Positions 30,056 through 41,257 are shown, counted from the stretch's first letter. The stretch: 58,276 nucleotides of DNA from Bacteroidales bacterium (GCA_022360575.1 JAKSCO010000207.1:1-58276), one strand, 5' to 3'. The notes: generated from the sequence alone by a model not told the origin. Numbers and translations are program-made.

Positions 30056-32413
30056 TTAAAAGAATTCGTCGTTGAATTCGTTATTGTTCTTGCGTTTTTC
30101 TAATTTATCACAATCGAGCTGAATCGAGAAATTAAGAGGTTCTTCAAATTCGTCTTCGTTTGTAATATTTAAAGTTGAATCGTTGTATACTTTTTGCATA
30201 TAAAGTCCAAAAATAGGTAAGGCCATATTGTGTCCCCCTCCAAGACCCAAGTTTTTGAAGTGAATGCTTCTGTCTTCACCTCCAGTCCATACACCAGAAA
30301 CCAGATTGGGTGTTACACCCATAAACCAACCATCAGAATGATTTTGTGTAGTTCCTGTTTTTCCTCCTATTTGGTTCATCAATTGATATTTCCATCGCAG
30401 TCGTCGACCCGAGCCTTTTTTTACTACGTTTCGTAATAACGAGGTCATTAAGTAAGCAGTTTGTTCGCTAATAGCCTCTTCTTTTGCCGATGTAAAAGTA
30501 GCCAGTACATTTCCGTTTTTATCTTCGATCCGTGTAACAACCATAGGTGTTGAGTGTACCCCTTTATTCGAAAACGTAGAATATGCACTAACCATCTCGA
30601 AAAGCGAAATATCTGATGTTCCCAAAAATATTGATGGAACAGGATCGATTTTACTTGAAACACCCATTTTACGCATAACATCAATTACCGATTCTGGATT
30701 AAATTGTTTTATTAACCAAGCAGAGATAAAGTTTACCGAATTAGCTAATCCCCATTCTAACGTAACCATTTTTCCATCACGACTCGATGGTCCTGAGTTT
30801 TTCGGAGTCCAAGTAGTATCGTTAATCATAAAAGTACTCGGAACATTCGGAACCTTATGACAAGGCGAGTAGCCTTCTTGCATTGCAAGTGTATATAAAA
30901 AAGGTTTTATAGTTGAGCCTACTTGTCGTTTGGCTAATGTAACCTGATCATATTTAAAGTGTTTAAAGTTAGGTCCTCCTACGTAGGCTTTTACATGTCC
31001 GTTGTGTGGATCTATCGAAACAAAACCTGCTCGTAAATATTTTTTGTAATACAATAGCGAGTCTAATGGCGTCATTACTGTATCTACATCTCCTTTCCAC
31101 GAAAAAACAGTCATTTTTACAGGTTTCTGGAATCGTGCCAGAATAGAATCTTTCGAAAATCCAGCTCTTTTTAACAATCTATATCTTTCGGTTCGACGTA
31201 TTCCTAAATAAATAATATTATCTAATTCTGATTTCGAAAAATCCTGAGAATATGGAGCATTTGGATTTTTCACTTGTTCTCTATCAAAACTTACTTGTAG
31301 ATCTTTAGATAAATGTTTGGTCATAGCTTCTTCTGCATATGTTTGCATTCTCGAATCTACAGTTGTATATATCTTTAATCCATCTCTGTATAAATTATAA
31401 GGAGTTCCGTCAGGTTTTAAGTTTTTAGAACACCATCCAAATAATGGATCATTGATCCATCTAAGCGAATCTTGCTTGTAATGTTGTTTTAAGTAATAGT
31501 GTTTCGGATTAGGTTCTTTCTTATTTAACGAAAGTCTTAAGTATTCTCTAAAATAAGTAGCTAAACCTTCGTTGTGGTTCTGTATTTTGTAGGTTAACTT
31601 TATAGGCGATGCATTTAACGAGTCAAACTCTTCTTTCGAAAGATAATCGTATTTATGCATTTGAGCTAAAACAGTTCCCCTACGTTTCTTCGACCTTTCT
31701 GGGTTTCGTACCGGATTATAATAACTAGGGGCTTTAAGTAAACCTACTAAAAGAGCTGCTTCTTCAACATTTAAATCTTTAGGTGTTTTATTAAAGAATG
31801 TTTTGGCTGCCGATTTAATACCAAAAGAATTACCCCCAAATGCAACAGTATTCAGATACATTGCTAGAATTTCGTTTTTAGTATAGTTCTTTTCGAGTTT
31901 TATTGCTGTAACCCATTCTTTAAATTTCGACAAACCTAAATTAATTTTCCTTTTAATCGCGCTTTTATATGTTGTAGTATCTCTTGGGAATAAATTTTTT
32001 GCTAATTGTTGGGTAATTGTACTACCTCCTCCCGATCCGCTTTTGTTCATTAAAATGGTGTAAACCAAAACACGCCCTAAACCTCTAGCATCAATACCCG
32101 AATGTTTGCTAAATCGGATATCTTCTGTTGCTATAAGAGCATTAACCATATTTGGCGAAAGCTCGTTATAATTAACATACGATCTGTTCTGATAAAAATA
32201 ATTTCCGAGTAAAACACCATCAGCCGAATAAATCTCAGATGCTATATTGTTTTCAGGATTTTCTAACTCTTCAAATGTTGGCATTTCTCCAAAAAATTCG
32301 AGAGAAATTAACGTAAATAATAAAATAATCGTAAAAACAGGGATCGAAAAAAGAACCCAAAATAATCTTAAATAAAATTTTGTTGTAAATTTATATTTGT
32401 CCATAATGCTCAT
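30056..32413 (-). CDS. mrcA: Class A penicillin-binding protein 1A
   Basis: N-terminal TM helix. Transglycosylase motifs EDIRF..HSG and GGSTITQQLAKN; transpeptidase motifs STIK, SVN and KTG. Confidence 0.92.
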   Translation of the reverse strand: MSIMDKYKFTTKFYLRLFWVLFSIPVFTIILLFTLISLEFFGEMPTFEELENPENNIASEIYSADGVLLGNYFYQNRSYVNYNELSPNMVNALIATEDIRFSKHSGIDARGLGRVLVYTILMNKSGSGGGSTITQQLAKNLFPRDTTTYKSAIKRKINLGLSKFKEWVTAIKLEKNYTKNEILAMYLNTVAFGGNSFGIKSAAKTFFNKTPKDLNVEEAALLVGLLKAPSYYNPVRNPERSKKRRGTVLAQMHKYDYLSKEEFDSLNASPIKLTYKIQNHNEGLATYFREYLRLSLNKKEPNPKHYYLKQHYKQDSLRWINDPLFGWCSKNLKPDGTPYNLYRDGLKIYTTVDSRMQTYAEEAMTKHLSKDLQVSFDREQVKNPNAPYSQDFSKSELDNIIYLGIRRTERYRLLKRAGFSKDSILARFQKPVKMTVFSWKGDVDTVMTPLDSLLYYKKYLRAGFVSIDPHNGHVKAYVGGPNFKHFKYDQVTLAKRQVGSTIKPFLYTLAMQEGYSPCHKVPNVPSTFMINDTTWTPKNSGPSSRDGKMVTLEWGLANSVNFISAWLIKQFNPESVIDVMRKMGVSSKIDPVPSIFLGTSDISLFEMVSAYSTFSNKGVHSTPMVVTRIEDKNGNVLATFTSAKEEAISEQTAYLMTSLLRNVVKKGSGRRLRWKYQLMNQIGGKTGTTQNHSDGWFMGVTPNLVSGVWTGGEDRSIHFKNLGLGGGHNMALPIFGLYMQKVYNDSTLNITNEDEFEEPLNFSIQLDCDKLEKRKNNNEFNDEFF

Positions 32414-32457
32414 TTTCGCTTGGATGTAAAATTAATAAATAATATTTAATTCAAAAT

Positions 32458-32490
32458 TTTGAACTAAGAATACTATTTGTATTAATTTTG
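32458..32490 (+). promoter_or_regulatory. Bacteroidota promoter of topA
   Basis: TTTG (32458-32461), 21-nt spacer, TAATTTTG (32483-32490). Confidence 0.6.
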
Positions 32491-32526
32491 CCCCTGTTTA
32501 AACGAATTCGTCAAAAGAAATATTTC

Positions 32527-34887
32527 ATGATAGAGAATTTAGTTATAGTTGAGTCACCTGCAAAAGCAAAAACGATAGAAAAGTTTTTAGGTAAAGATTT
32601 TCAAGTAAAATCAAGCTTTGGTCACATAAGAGATTTAGCTAAAAAGAACCTCGGAATTGACATCGATGACAATTACAAACCACAGTATATTGTTCCTGAT
32701 GACAAAAAAAATGTTGTAAAAGAATTAAAAAAAATAGTTAAAGAAGCAAATGTTGTTTGGCTGGCTTCCGATGAAGACCGCGAAGGAGAAGCTATTGCTT
32801 GGCATTTGATGAAAGAACTAAAATTGGATCCAAAAACAACAAAACGAATTGTTTTTCATGAAATTACCAAAGAAGCAATTCAGAATGCAATTAAAAGTCC
32901 TCGATTAATAGACGAAAGCTTAGTTAATGCACAACAAGCAAGACGAATTTTAGATCGATTAGTAGGTTTTGAATTATCACCTGTGTTGTGGAAAAAAGTT
33001 AAACCATCTCTATCTGCCGGACGAGTACAATCTGTTGCTGTAAAGTTATTGGTTGAGCGCGAACGAGAGATAATGAAATTTAAAAGTGAATCGTATTTTA
33101 AAATAAATGCAACTTTTAATACATCTCAAAATAAAGAATTAAAGGCAGAATTGTCTAGCCGTTTAAATTCATTAAAAGAAACCGACGAATTTGTAGAGCG
33201 ATGTAAGTCGGCATCGTATTCTGTTGCTAGTGTCGTAAAAAAACCAGGGAAAAAATCTCCTGCAGCTCCATTTACAACATCTACTCTGCAACAAGAAGCA
33301 AGTCGTAAGCTTGGTTTTTCTGTTGGGCAAACAATGTCTATTGCTCAAAAATTATATGAATCAGGTAAGATTACCTATATGAGAACCGACTCAGTAAATC
33401 TGTCGAATACAGCATTAGAAGCAGCTCAGAAAGTAATAACCCAAGAGTTCGGAGATAAATATTTTAAAACAAGAAAGTACAAAACAAAATCGAAAGGAGC
33501 TCAAGAAGCTCACGAAGCTATTCGTCCTACTTTTATAGAAAAACAACAAATTTCAGGTTCCGATAGAGAAAAAAAGCTTTATGATTTGATTTGGAAAAGA
33601 ACAGTTGCTTCTCAAATGAGTGATGCTCAATTAGAGAAAACGACTATAAACATAGATATATCTAACGACGAACATCGATTTGTTGCTACTGGCGAAGTTC
33701 TTAAATTCGAAGGATTCCTTAAAGTATATATCGAATCAACCGATGATGAACACGAAGAAGAAATAAAAGGTTTGTTACCGAAAGTTGTCGAAGGCGAAAA
33801 TGTAAACTATAATGTAATTCAGGCATTAGAGAGATTTACTCATCACCCTCCACGATATACTGAGGCGAGTTTGGTGAAAAAACTCGAAGAGCTAGGTATT
33901 GGACGACCATCTACTTATGCCCCAACAATCTCTACAATACAAAATAGAGGTTATGTGGTAAAAGAAGAAAGACCCGGAACAGAAAGAAAATATACTGCTA
34001 TTTTATTAGAGAATAGTGAGATAAAAAAAGAAACAAGAACAGAAATTACCGGTGCCGAGAAAAATAAACTATTTCCTAACGATATAGGAATGGTGGTTAA
34101 TGATTTCTTAAATGAGCATTTCGCAGATATATTAAATTATAATTTTACCGCTTCGGTAGAGCAAGAGTTTGATGAGATAGCTAACGGAAGATTAATTTGG
34201 ACTGAGATGATAAATAAATTTTACCGTCCATTTCATGATACCGTTGAAAATACTCTAGAAACATCTACTCGAAGTGTTGGTGAAAGAGATTTAGGATCAG
34301 ACCCAACCACGGGTCGACCCGTTTCGGTTAAAATAGGGCCTTATGGTCCAATGGTTCAGTTAGGGTTAAAAGATGATGAGGAAAAACCTAAATTTGCATC
34401 TTTGCAAAGAGGTCAACACATTGAAACAATAACAATTGAAGAAGCTTTAGAGTTATTTAAGCTTCCTAGAGATTTAGGTTTGTACGAAGATAAAAAAGTT
34501 GTTGTTGCTATTGGTCGGTTTGGGCCTTATGTTCGTCATGATTCTAAATTTGTTTCTCTAAAAAAAGAAGATGATCCTTATAAGATAGAACTAGATAGAG
34601 CAATTGTCCTGATTGAAGAAAAAAGAGAAAAAGATCGACAGAAATTTATTAAGTCGTTCGAAGAAGAACCCGAATTACAGATCTTAAATGGACGTTGGGG
34701 TCCATATGTATCTTATAAAAAGAAAAATTATAAAATACCAAAAGATATTGTTGCTGCTGATTTAACCTTAGAAGCTTGTATGGATATTATTAATAATTCA
34801 GCAACGGATAAGAAAAAGACTAAGAAAACAGTAAAAAAAACAACAACTAAAGCTAAAGCAACTAAGAAAACAACAAAAAAGAAATAA
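32527..34887 (+). CDS. topA: DNA topoisomerase I
   Basis: LVIVESPAKAKTI, DEDREGEAI, SAGRVQS, ITYMRTDS, AHEAIRP and GIGRPSTY, with Topo_C-type repeats (GPYGP, GRFGPY, GRWGPY) and a Lys-rich tail. ATG 32527 is preferred over TTG 32488. Confidence 0.98.
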   Translation: MIENLVIVESPAKAKTIEKFLGKDFQVKSSFGHIRDLAKKNLGIDIDDNYKPQYIVPDDKKNVVKELKKIVKEANVVWLASDEDREGEAIAWHLMKELKLDPKTTKRIVFHEITKEAIQNAIKSPRLIDESLVNAQQARRILDRLVGFELSPVLWKKVKPSLSAGRVQSVAVKLLVEREREIMKFKSESYFKINATFNTSQNKELKAELSSRLNSLKETDEFVERCKSASYSVASVVKKPGKKSPAAPFTTSTLQQEASRKLGFSVGQTMSIAQKLYESGKITYMRTDSVNLSNTALEAAQKVITQEFGDKYFKTRKYKTKSKGAQEAHEAIRPTFIEKQQISGSDREKKLYDLIWKRTVASQMSDAQLEKTTINIDISNDEHRFVATGEVLKFEGFLKVYIESTDDEHEEEIKGLLPKVVEGENVNYNVIQALERFTHHPPRYTEASLVKKLEELGIGRPSTYAPTISTIQNRGYVVKEERPGTERKYTAILLENSEIKKETRTEITGAEKNKLFPNDIGMVVNDFLNEHFADILNYNFTASVEQEFDEIANGRLIWTEMINKFYRPFHDTVENTLETSTRSVGERDLGSDPTTGRPVSVKIGPYGPMVQLGLKDDEEKPKFASLQRGQHIETITIEEALELFKLPRDLGLYEDKKVVVAIGRFGPYVRHDSKFVSLKKEDDPYKIELDRAIVLIEEKREKDRQKFIKSFEEEPELQILNGRWGPYVSYKKKNYKIPKDIVAADLTLEACMDIINNSATDKKKTKKTVKKTTTKAKATKKTTKKK

Positions 34888-34897
34888 TCTCAGGTAA

Positions 34898-36067
34898 ATG
34901 AATCTAAATGAATATTTCGACCCTGTTGATATAAATATAGATAGTATAAAAAGAAAATATACTAGTCTTGAATATCAGATGTATGGCAATGTTGCAATAC
35001 ACACATCAAATAATCCGATAAAAGATATCGAAGATTATGAGGTTGTCATATTAGGTGTTGTTGATAGAGATTCAAGTACATTAAATAATTTAGAACAAGG
35101 ATTAGCGCGTATAAGAGAATTCTTTTATAGTTTAAGCTACTTCGAAAATTATCCTAAGATTTGTGATCTTGGAAACTTGAAAAAAGGTAAAACCAGTAAT
35201 GATAACCTTATCGGTCTTCGGGATGTTCTAATAGAGTTGAAATCTCTTAATATTTTACCTATTATCATAGGTGATTCTGAGAAAATAATTTATCCGAATT
35301 ATTTAGCGAATAAAGAACCTAAGAAGAAGGTTAATCTTGTTTCAATAGATAGTAATATTGATTTATATAAAGATTCCGAAAATAAAGAAATTCAATCTCC
35401 TTTATGGAAAGTTCTTATTGATGAAAAAGACTCTTTGTTTTCTTTTACAAATGTGGGTTATCAAACACATTTTGTGAGTAATAAAACAATTCGATTTTTG
35501 TCCGAAAATTTGCATAGTTTTTATCGACTAGGATATATTCGGAGTAAAATGAAAGATGTAGAACCTATATTTAGAGATGCCGATATTATAGGTTTAAATA
35601 TTTCTTCGGTTCGTCAATCAGAAGCTTTAGGGCAAGCCTATCCTTCTCCGAATGGTTTTTATGGAGAGGAAATTTGTCAATTAGCCAGATATGCAGGGAT
35701 GAGTGCTCGTCTTTCGTCTTTTGGTGTTTTCGATTATCTCAATAGCATTGATTTGAATAATCAAACAGCGCATTTGATTGCTCAAATAATATGGTATTTT
35801 ATTAATGGCTTTGTTAATAAAAAGATAGAGAGTCCGTTGAAGAATAAAGATCATTGTAAGAAATTTATCGTAAATCTGGATACATTCGAGTATGAATTGA
35901 TTTTCTACAAAAGTGAAGAAACAGAGCGATGGTGGATGGAAATACCCTCATTTAAAACAAGTGTTGCTAAAAACTTACTGGTAGCATGTACGTTATCCGA
36001 TTATCAAAATGCAAGCAATGGAGATATCCCCGAACGTTGGTTAAAAGTATTTCAGAAAATTAACTAA
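34898..36067 (+). CDS. Arginase/formimidoylglutamase-fold protein, metal ligands apparently degenerate
   Basis: DLGN, N.GYQ.HF, SPNGFYGEE.CQ.ARYAG and AQIIWYF, in the position upstream of porP-gldK. Confidence 0.8.
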   Translation: MNLNEYFDPVDINIDSIKRKYTSLEYQMYGNVAIHTSNNPIKDIEDYEVVILGVVDRDSSTLNNLEQGLARIREFFYSLSYFENYPKICDLGNLKKGKTSNDNLIGLRDVLIELKSLNILPIIIGDSEKIIYPNYLANKEPKKKVNLVSIDSNIDLYKDSENKEIQSPLWKVLIDEKDSLFSFTNVGYQTHFVSNKTIRFLSENLHSFYRLGYIRSKMKDVEPIFRDADIIGLNISSVRQSEALGQAYPSPNGFYGEEICQLARYAGMSARLSSFGVFDYLNSIDLNNQTAHLIAQIIWYFINGFVNKKIESPLKNKDHCKKFIVNLDTFEYELIFYKSEETERWWMEIPSFKTSVAKNLLVACTLSDYQNASNGDIPERWLKVFQKIN

Positions 36068-36235
36068 AATTTCAAACAAAGAAGTAACCTTATCCCTTTT
36101 CAAGAGTATAACACATTGTGTTTTTAGTAGAGCCTATGGAAACATTTAAATGTTTCTAAAATTTGTATAGGAACATATTTTTTGTTTATTTTACCTTTGG
36201 TAAATGACAAATATAATTGAGGAATGCTATAAAAT

Positions 36236-37192
36236 ATGAAAAAACAAATATTTTTTCTTAAAATTTTTATTACACTGACTATGGGGGTGTTTGCACAGCA
36301 AGAATCGCAATATAGTCAAAGTACATATACTCAATTATTAGCTAATCCTGCATATGCTGGTAGCGACGGACGCATTTGTGCTTTTGCTACACAACGATTA
36401 CAATGGGTTGGAGCCTTTTCTAAAGGAGCTCCACAAGTAACAGCCTTTAATGTTGATGCGGGAATAAAAAAGTTTGGGTTAGGTATTTCTATTGAAAATG
36501 ATGTTCTGGGGTTTGAACAAGACTTAAAAGCTAATCTGTCTTTAGCATATAAATTCTCTTTAGGAAAAGGAGACTTGAGGTTAGGACTGAAGTGGGGTAT
36601 TGTTAACTCAACGATAGATGCCGATTGGAAAGTTGCTGACGGTAGTGATGCTTCATCAGATCCAGCGATTCCTATTGCAGGGAAAGCATCTGATTTAAAT
36701 TTTTTAGATTTTGGATTTGGAGTTTACTATAAAGCAGATGGTTTATATTTAGGAATTTCTTCAACACATATATTAGAATCTGAGCTTGAATTTGATCGAG
36801 ATCAAGAAGGGACTTCTAAAACAGTAATGCCAGTCAAAAGACACTATTATATTATGGCTGGTTATAATATTCCATTTACCAATCCATTGTTAGAATTTAA
36901 GCCAAGTATATTTGTTCAGTCTGATGGCTTAAAAACGCAATTATCTTTTACTGGGTTAGTTGAATACAATAAAAAGCTATGGGGAGGCGTTTCTTTAAGA
37001 ACAGATAAAGCTGTTATAGGAATTTTTGGTGTTAAATTGTTTAAGTGGGTAGATGTAAGTTATTCTTATGACTTTGTAGTTTCAGATATAAAAGAATATA
37101 ATGAAGGAACACACGAAATAGTTATGGGATTTGCATTAGATGTAAAAAGAGATAAGACACCCGAGAAATATAAGAGTATTAGATTTTTATAA
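36236..37192 (+). CDS. porP: T9SS membrane protein, PorP/SprF family
   Basis: AQQ.SQYSQ, NPAYAG, R.QW.G, YSYD and GTHE motifs; lies directly upstream of gldK. Confidence 0.9.
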   Translation: MKKQIFFLKIFITLTMGVFAQQESQYSQSTYTQLLANPAYAGSDGRICAFATQRLQWVGAFSKGAPQVTAFNVDAGIKKFGLGISIENDVLGFEQDLKANLSLAYKFSLGKGDLRLGLKWGIVNSTIDADWKVADGSDASSDPAIPIAGKASDLNFLDFGFGVYYKADGLYLGISSTHILESELEFDRDQEGTSKTVMPVKRHYYIMAGYNIPFTNPLLEFKPSIFVQSDGLKTQLSFTGLVEYNKKLWGGVSLRTDKAVIGIFGVKLFKWVDVSYSYDFVVSDIKEYNEGTHEIVMGFALDVKRDKTPEKYKSIRFL

Positions 37193-37254
37193 ATCTTATA
37201 ATATTAAATTGAAGAATTATTGTTATTTTGCATAAATAAATATTTTTATATATC

Positions 37255-38580
37255 ATGAAAAAATTACTTGTTGTTGGGTTTTTATTAATATTTTCTTTCA
37301 GCTGCCGCAATTATAATGCGGGAGAACTGACTGGAGTTTCTGGAAGAAAGGGGTGGTTTGAATCGATGCCCTTTGGTATGGTTTTTCTTCCTCATGGTAG
37401 TTTTAATATGGGACCTAGCGATCAAGATGTATCTTGGGCTATGAATTCTTTTTCAAGAACAGTTACTGTAGATGCTTTTTGGATGGATGCTACAGAAATA
37501 ACTAATAACGAGTATAGACAGTTTGTATATTACGTTAGAGATTCTATAATGAGAAGAAAGTTAGGTGAATCAATTGAAGAGTTTTTAATTTCAGAAGATG
37601 AGTTTGGAAATCCGATTGAACCTCCAATAATTGATTGGGATACAGAAATTGATTTTTCTGATGAAGAACAATCTGAAATATTAGATGAGTTATATTTAGC
37701 TCAACATGAACGCTTCTATGGAAGAAAGGAAATTGATACACGGAAATTAATGTTTGAATATTATCGTGTTGATATGCAGCAAGCTGCCAAAAAATCTAAT
37801 CGTTACAATTTTGATACAAAGGAATATACAGGGACTATAATTAATGCTCAAGGAGAACAAGTTGATGTTGAAGATCGTTCTGCATTTATTTTACGAGATG
37901 TAATTAATGTTTACCCAGATACATTATGTTGGATAAGTGACTTTACTTATTCGTTTAATGAACCCTATACTAATATGTACTTTTGCCATCCAGCTTATGA
38001 TGATTATCCTGTTGTTGGAGTTAATTGGAAACAAGCAAGAGCATTTTGTGTATACAGAACACAGTATTTAAATGGGTTTTTACAAAAAGCAGGCGAAGGT
38101 TTTGTTCAAGATTATAGATTACCTTCTGAAGCTGAGTGGGAATATGCAGCAAGAGGAAATTTAGATTTATCAATGTATCCTTGGGGTGGAATGTATACAA
38201 GAAATAAAGAAGGATGCTTTTTAGCAAATTTTAAACCATTAAGAGGTAATTATATTGATGATGGAGGTTTACTGCCCATAAAAGTTGGGACTTATGCTCC
38301 TAATGAATATGGATTATTTGATATGGCAGGGAATGTTGCAGAATGGACTTCAAATTCGTTTGATGAATCTGCTTATAGCTTTATGCATGATATGAATCCT
38401 GATTATAGATATGAAGCTTTGCCTGATGACCCTGTTTCAATGAAAAGGAAAGTTGTTAGAGGTGGTTCTTGGAAAGATATTGGTTATTATTTACAAAATG
38501 GAACAAGAACTTATGAATTTCAGGATTCGTCGAAATCTTTCATTGGTTTTCGTTGTGTGAGATCATATTTAGGTACATAA
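37255..38580 (+). CDS. gldK: T9SS/gliding lipoprotein GldK (PorK)
   Basis: Lipobox SFS-C, GELTGV, and an FGE-sulfatase-like domain (TEITNNEYRQF, YPVVGV.W, RLPSEAEWEYAARG, MAGNVAEW, RGGSW, GFRC). Confidence 0.93.
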   Translation: MKKLLVVGFLLIFSFSCRNYNAGELTGVSGRKGWFESMPFGMVFLPHGSFNMGPSDQDVSWAMNSFSRTVTVDAFWMDATEITNNEYRQFVYYVRDSIMRRKLGESIEEFLISEDEFGNPIEPPIIDWDTEIDFSDEEQSEILDELYLAQHERFYGRKEIDTRKLMFEYYRVDMQQAAKKSNRYNFDTKEYTGTIINAQGEQVDVEDRSAFILRDVINVYPDTLCWISDFTYSFNEPYTNMYFCHPAYDDYPVVGVNWKQARAFCVYRTQYLNGFLQKAGEGFVQDYRLPSEAEWEYAARGNLDLSMYPWGGMYTRNKEGCFLANFKPLRGNYIDDGGLLPIKVGTYAPNEYGLFDMAGNVAEWTSNSFDESAYSFMHDMNPDYRYEALPDDPVSMKRKVVRGGSWKDIGYYLQNGTRTYEFQDSSKSFIGFRCVRSYLGT

Positions 38581-38618
38581 ACTTGTAAAGGTTATTTATA
38601 AATTAAAAGTTTTGCGTT

Positions 38619-39581
38619 ATGATTAATATGTCAGAAATAGTACAAAGTTCCGGTTGGAAAAATGTAATGGCTAAGTTGTATGGTATTGGAGCAGCCGTTG
38701 TTATTTTAGGAGCTTTATTTAAAATAATGCACTGGCCTATGGCCTCAACAATGTTAATTGCAGGTATGGGAACAGAAGTTATAATATTCTTCTTTTCTGC
38801 TTTTGAACCAATGCATGAAGAGTTTGATTGGACTCTAGTATATCCTGAACTGGCAGGAATCCAAGATGATGGAGAATTTCCTGTAGCTTCACCTAGAGTT
38901 GAAAGATCGTCTGGTGGAGGTTTTTCTAAGTTTGATGAAATGTTAGAACATGCTGATATAGCTCCTGAATTATTTGAACAATTAGGAGTCGGATTAAAAA
39001 ATCTAAACCAAACAACACAAAACTTAGCTAATGTTGCAGATGCTGCTAATGCTACAAATCAATTTGTAGATAATATTCAAGCTGCCTCAGAATCAGTTTC
39101 TTCAATGGCAGAATCTTATGGGAACTCAACAGGAAAATTAGGTGATTCTGTTGAGAGATTAGTTGGGTCGTATAATGAATCTGCAGATTTAATGGAACAA
39201 TCAGGAAAAGCTATTGCTGATCAAATCTCTGTGGTTAGTGAAGGTTTCTTGGAAAATTACAAATCGATTGAAGAAAAAATCCAAGCTAATACAGAGCTTA
39301 TTGCTGTTGGGAATCAGTCTTATAATGAAAAATTAGAAACTTTAAATAAGAATTTGTCAGCATTAAATTCTGTTTATGAACTTCAATTACAAAATACAAG
39401 TAAACATGTTGAATCTTCTAAAGATTTGTTAGAAGATATGAATAACATTGTTGGTAATCTAAAAAATTCAGTCAGTGAAACAAATGTATATAGAGATGAA
39501 ATAGCTAAATTAAATGAAAATTTAGCGGCATTAAATAATGTTTATGGCAATATGTTGTCTGCAATGAATTTTAGTAAATAA
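38619..39581 (+). CDS. gldL: T9SS/gliding motor protein GldL (PorL)
   Basis: YGIGAAVVILGALFKIMH, TE..IFF.SAF, W.LVYPEL, a coiled-coil tail and LN.VYGNMLSAM. Confidence 0.95.
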   Translation: MINMSEIVQSSGWKNVMAKLYGIGAAVVILGALFKIMHWPMASTMLIAGMGTEVIIFFFSAFEPMHEEFDWTLVYPELAGIQDDGEFPVASPRVERSSGGGFSKFDEMLEHADIAPELFEQLGVGLKNLNQTTQNLANVADAANATNQFVDNIQAASESVSSMAESYGNSTGKLGDSVERLVGSYNESADLMEQSGKAIADQISVVSEGFLENYKSIEEKIQANTELIAVGNQSYNEKLETLNKNLSALNSVYELQLQNTSKHVESSKDLLEDMNNIVGNLKNSVSETNVYRDEIAKLNENLAALNNVYGNMLSAMNFSK

Positions 39582-39606
39582 AGCTTTGTATAGAAAAAAA
39601 TAGGTT

Positions 39607-41238
39607 ATGGGTCACGGAAAAGAAACTCCCCGGCAGAAAATGATTGGTATGATGTACTTAGTTCTTACTGCTATGTTGGCACTTAATGTATCGGCAGAAG
39701 TCTTAGATGCTTTTACTGCTGTAGATGAGGGATTGAGAAAGACCACAAAAAATTATACAGAGAAAAATCAAGCTCTTTATGCTGATTTTAATGAGCAATA
39801 TGCTCAAAATGAAGTTAAGGTAAAACCTTGGAAGGATAAGGCTGATGAAGTAAAAAGACGTTCTGATGAGTTATACGATTATATCCAAGATTTAAAAATT
39901 GAGATAATCGAAGAAAATGGACAAAAGGATCCGAAAGAAGGTGTAATTACTGAAGAAGGTGAAATTAATAATGATAAGTTGAAAGGAAAAGATAAATATG
40001 ATGCAGCTAGTCATATTTTGATAGGAGCTAATGCAGATGGAAAAGCTTTTGACTTAAAAGATAAGATAGAGGAGTATAGAAAATACTTAATTTCTTTAAC
40101 TAAAATAGATACAGCTGTAGTTCATTCTTTAGAAGTTAACTTAGAAACAAAAGATCCTCCTCCGACTAAAGATGGAGAACGAAAACCTTGGGAGGTAAAA
40201 CATTTTGAACACATGCCTTTAGCTGCGGTTATGCCCTTACTATCCAAGATACAGGTTGATATAAGAAACTCAGAAGCTGAGGTTGTTCAGTATTTGTACA
40301 AACAAATTGATGCAGGATCATTCTCTTTTAATAAGTTAGAAGCAACAATTATTCCTAATTCAAGCTATATTCTACAAGGGAATCCCTACAAGGCAGATAT
40401 TTTCTTAGCAGCCGTAGATACAACCTCTCCTCCGATTGTTTATGTTGGAAAATATGACTCAACCCTAACCAAAGAAGGAGTGTATAAGTATTTTATGAAG
40501 GGACGATTTGATTCTTTAACTGTAGTTGAGGGCAAAGGGAAGTTTGAGAGACTAACAAATGTATTAGGCGAACAGCGATGGGAAGGTCTAATAAAGTTAA
40601 AAGGTCCAGATGGTAGTTATATAACAAAGCCATTTAAAAGGAGATACACTGTAGCAAAACCAAATTTAGTTGTTTCTCCTACAAAAATGAATGTTTTTTA
40701 TGTAGGAGTTGATAATCCTGTTAGTATTTCTATCGCAGGAGTCGCTGGGAATAGAATAATACCATCTATGCGAAATGGAACCATAAAGAAGCAACGAGAT
40801 GGTGAATATATTGTGAATCCTAGGCGACCAGGTAAAAGTATAATATCTGTTAAAGCAAATATTGATGGTGTTTCAAAAAATATGGGCAACGTTGAATTTC
40901 GCGTAAGAACAGTTCCTGATCCTGTAGTTAAGGTTGCAGGGAAAAAAGGAGGTAAAATCACGAAGAATGTTCTTGCTGCTCAAGTGGGAGTTTTAGCTGA
41001 TATGGAAAATTTTGAATTTGATTTGAAATTTAAGATAACAGAATTCACTGTTTCAACAACAGATAGAGGAGGTTATTATATTGATGCAAAAGCTAAAGGA
41101 GGTCGTTTTACTAAAAAACAGTTGGATTTAATAAAAAGATTAAGGCGAAGCTCAAGAGTAAATATTGAGGATGTTAAAGCAGTTGGTCCTGATGGAAAGG
41201 TAAGGGATTTAGCTTCAATTGTTTTTGAAATAATATAA
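39607..41238 (+). CDS. gldM: T9SS/gliding motor protein GldM (PorM)
   Basis: PRQKMIGMMYLVLTAMLALNVS, KMNVFY.GVDNP.SI and FRV..VPDP. Confidence 0.95.
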   Translation: MGHGKETPRQKMIGMMYLVLTAMLALNVSAEVLDAFTAVDEGLRKTTKNYTEKNQALYADFNEQYAQNEVKVKPWKDKADEVKRRSDELYDYIQDLKIEIIEENGQKDPKEGVITEEGEINNDKLKGKDKYDAASHILIGANADGKAFDLKDKIEEYRKYLISLTKIDTAVVHSLEVNLETKDPPPTKDGERKPWEVKHFEHMPLAAVMPLLSKIQVDIRNSEAEVVQYLYKQIDAGSFSFNKLEATIIPNSSYILQGNPYKADIFLAAVDTTSPPIVYVGKYDSTLTKEGVYKYFMKGRFDSLTVVEGKGKFERLTNVLGEQRWEGLIKLKGPDGSYITKPFKRRYTVAKPNLVVSPTKMNVFYVGVDNPVSISIAGVAGNRIIPSMRNGTIKKQRDGEYIVNPRRPGKSIISVKANIDGVSKNMGNVEFRVRTVPDPVVKVAGKKGGKITKNVLAAQVGVLADMENFEFDLKFKITEFTVSTTDRGGYYIDAKAKGGRFTKKQLDLIKRLRRSSRVNIEDVKAVGPDGKVRDLASIVFEII

Positions 41239-41257
41239 AATTTAAAATATAAAGATT

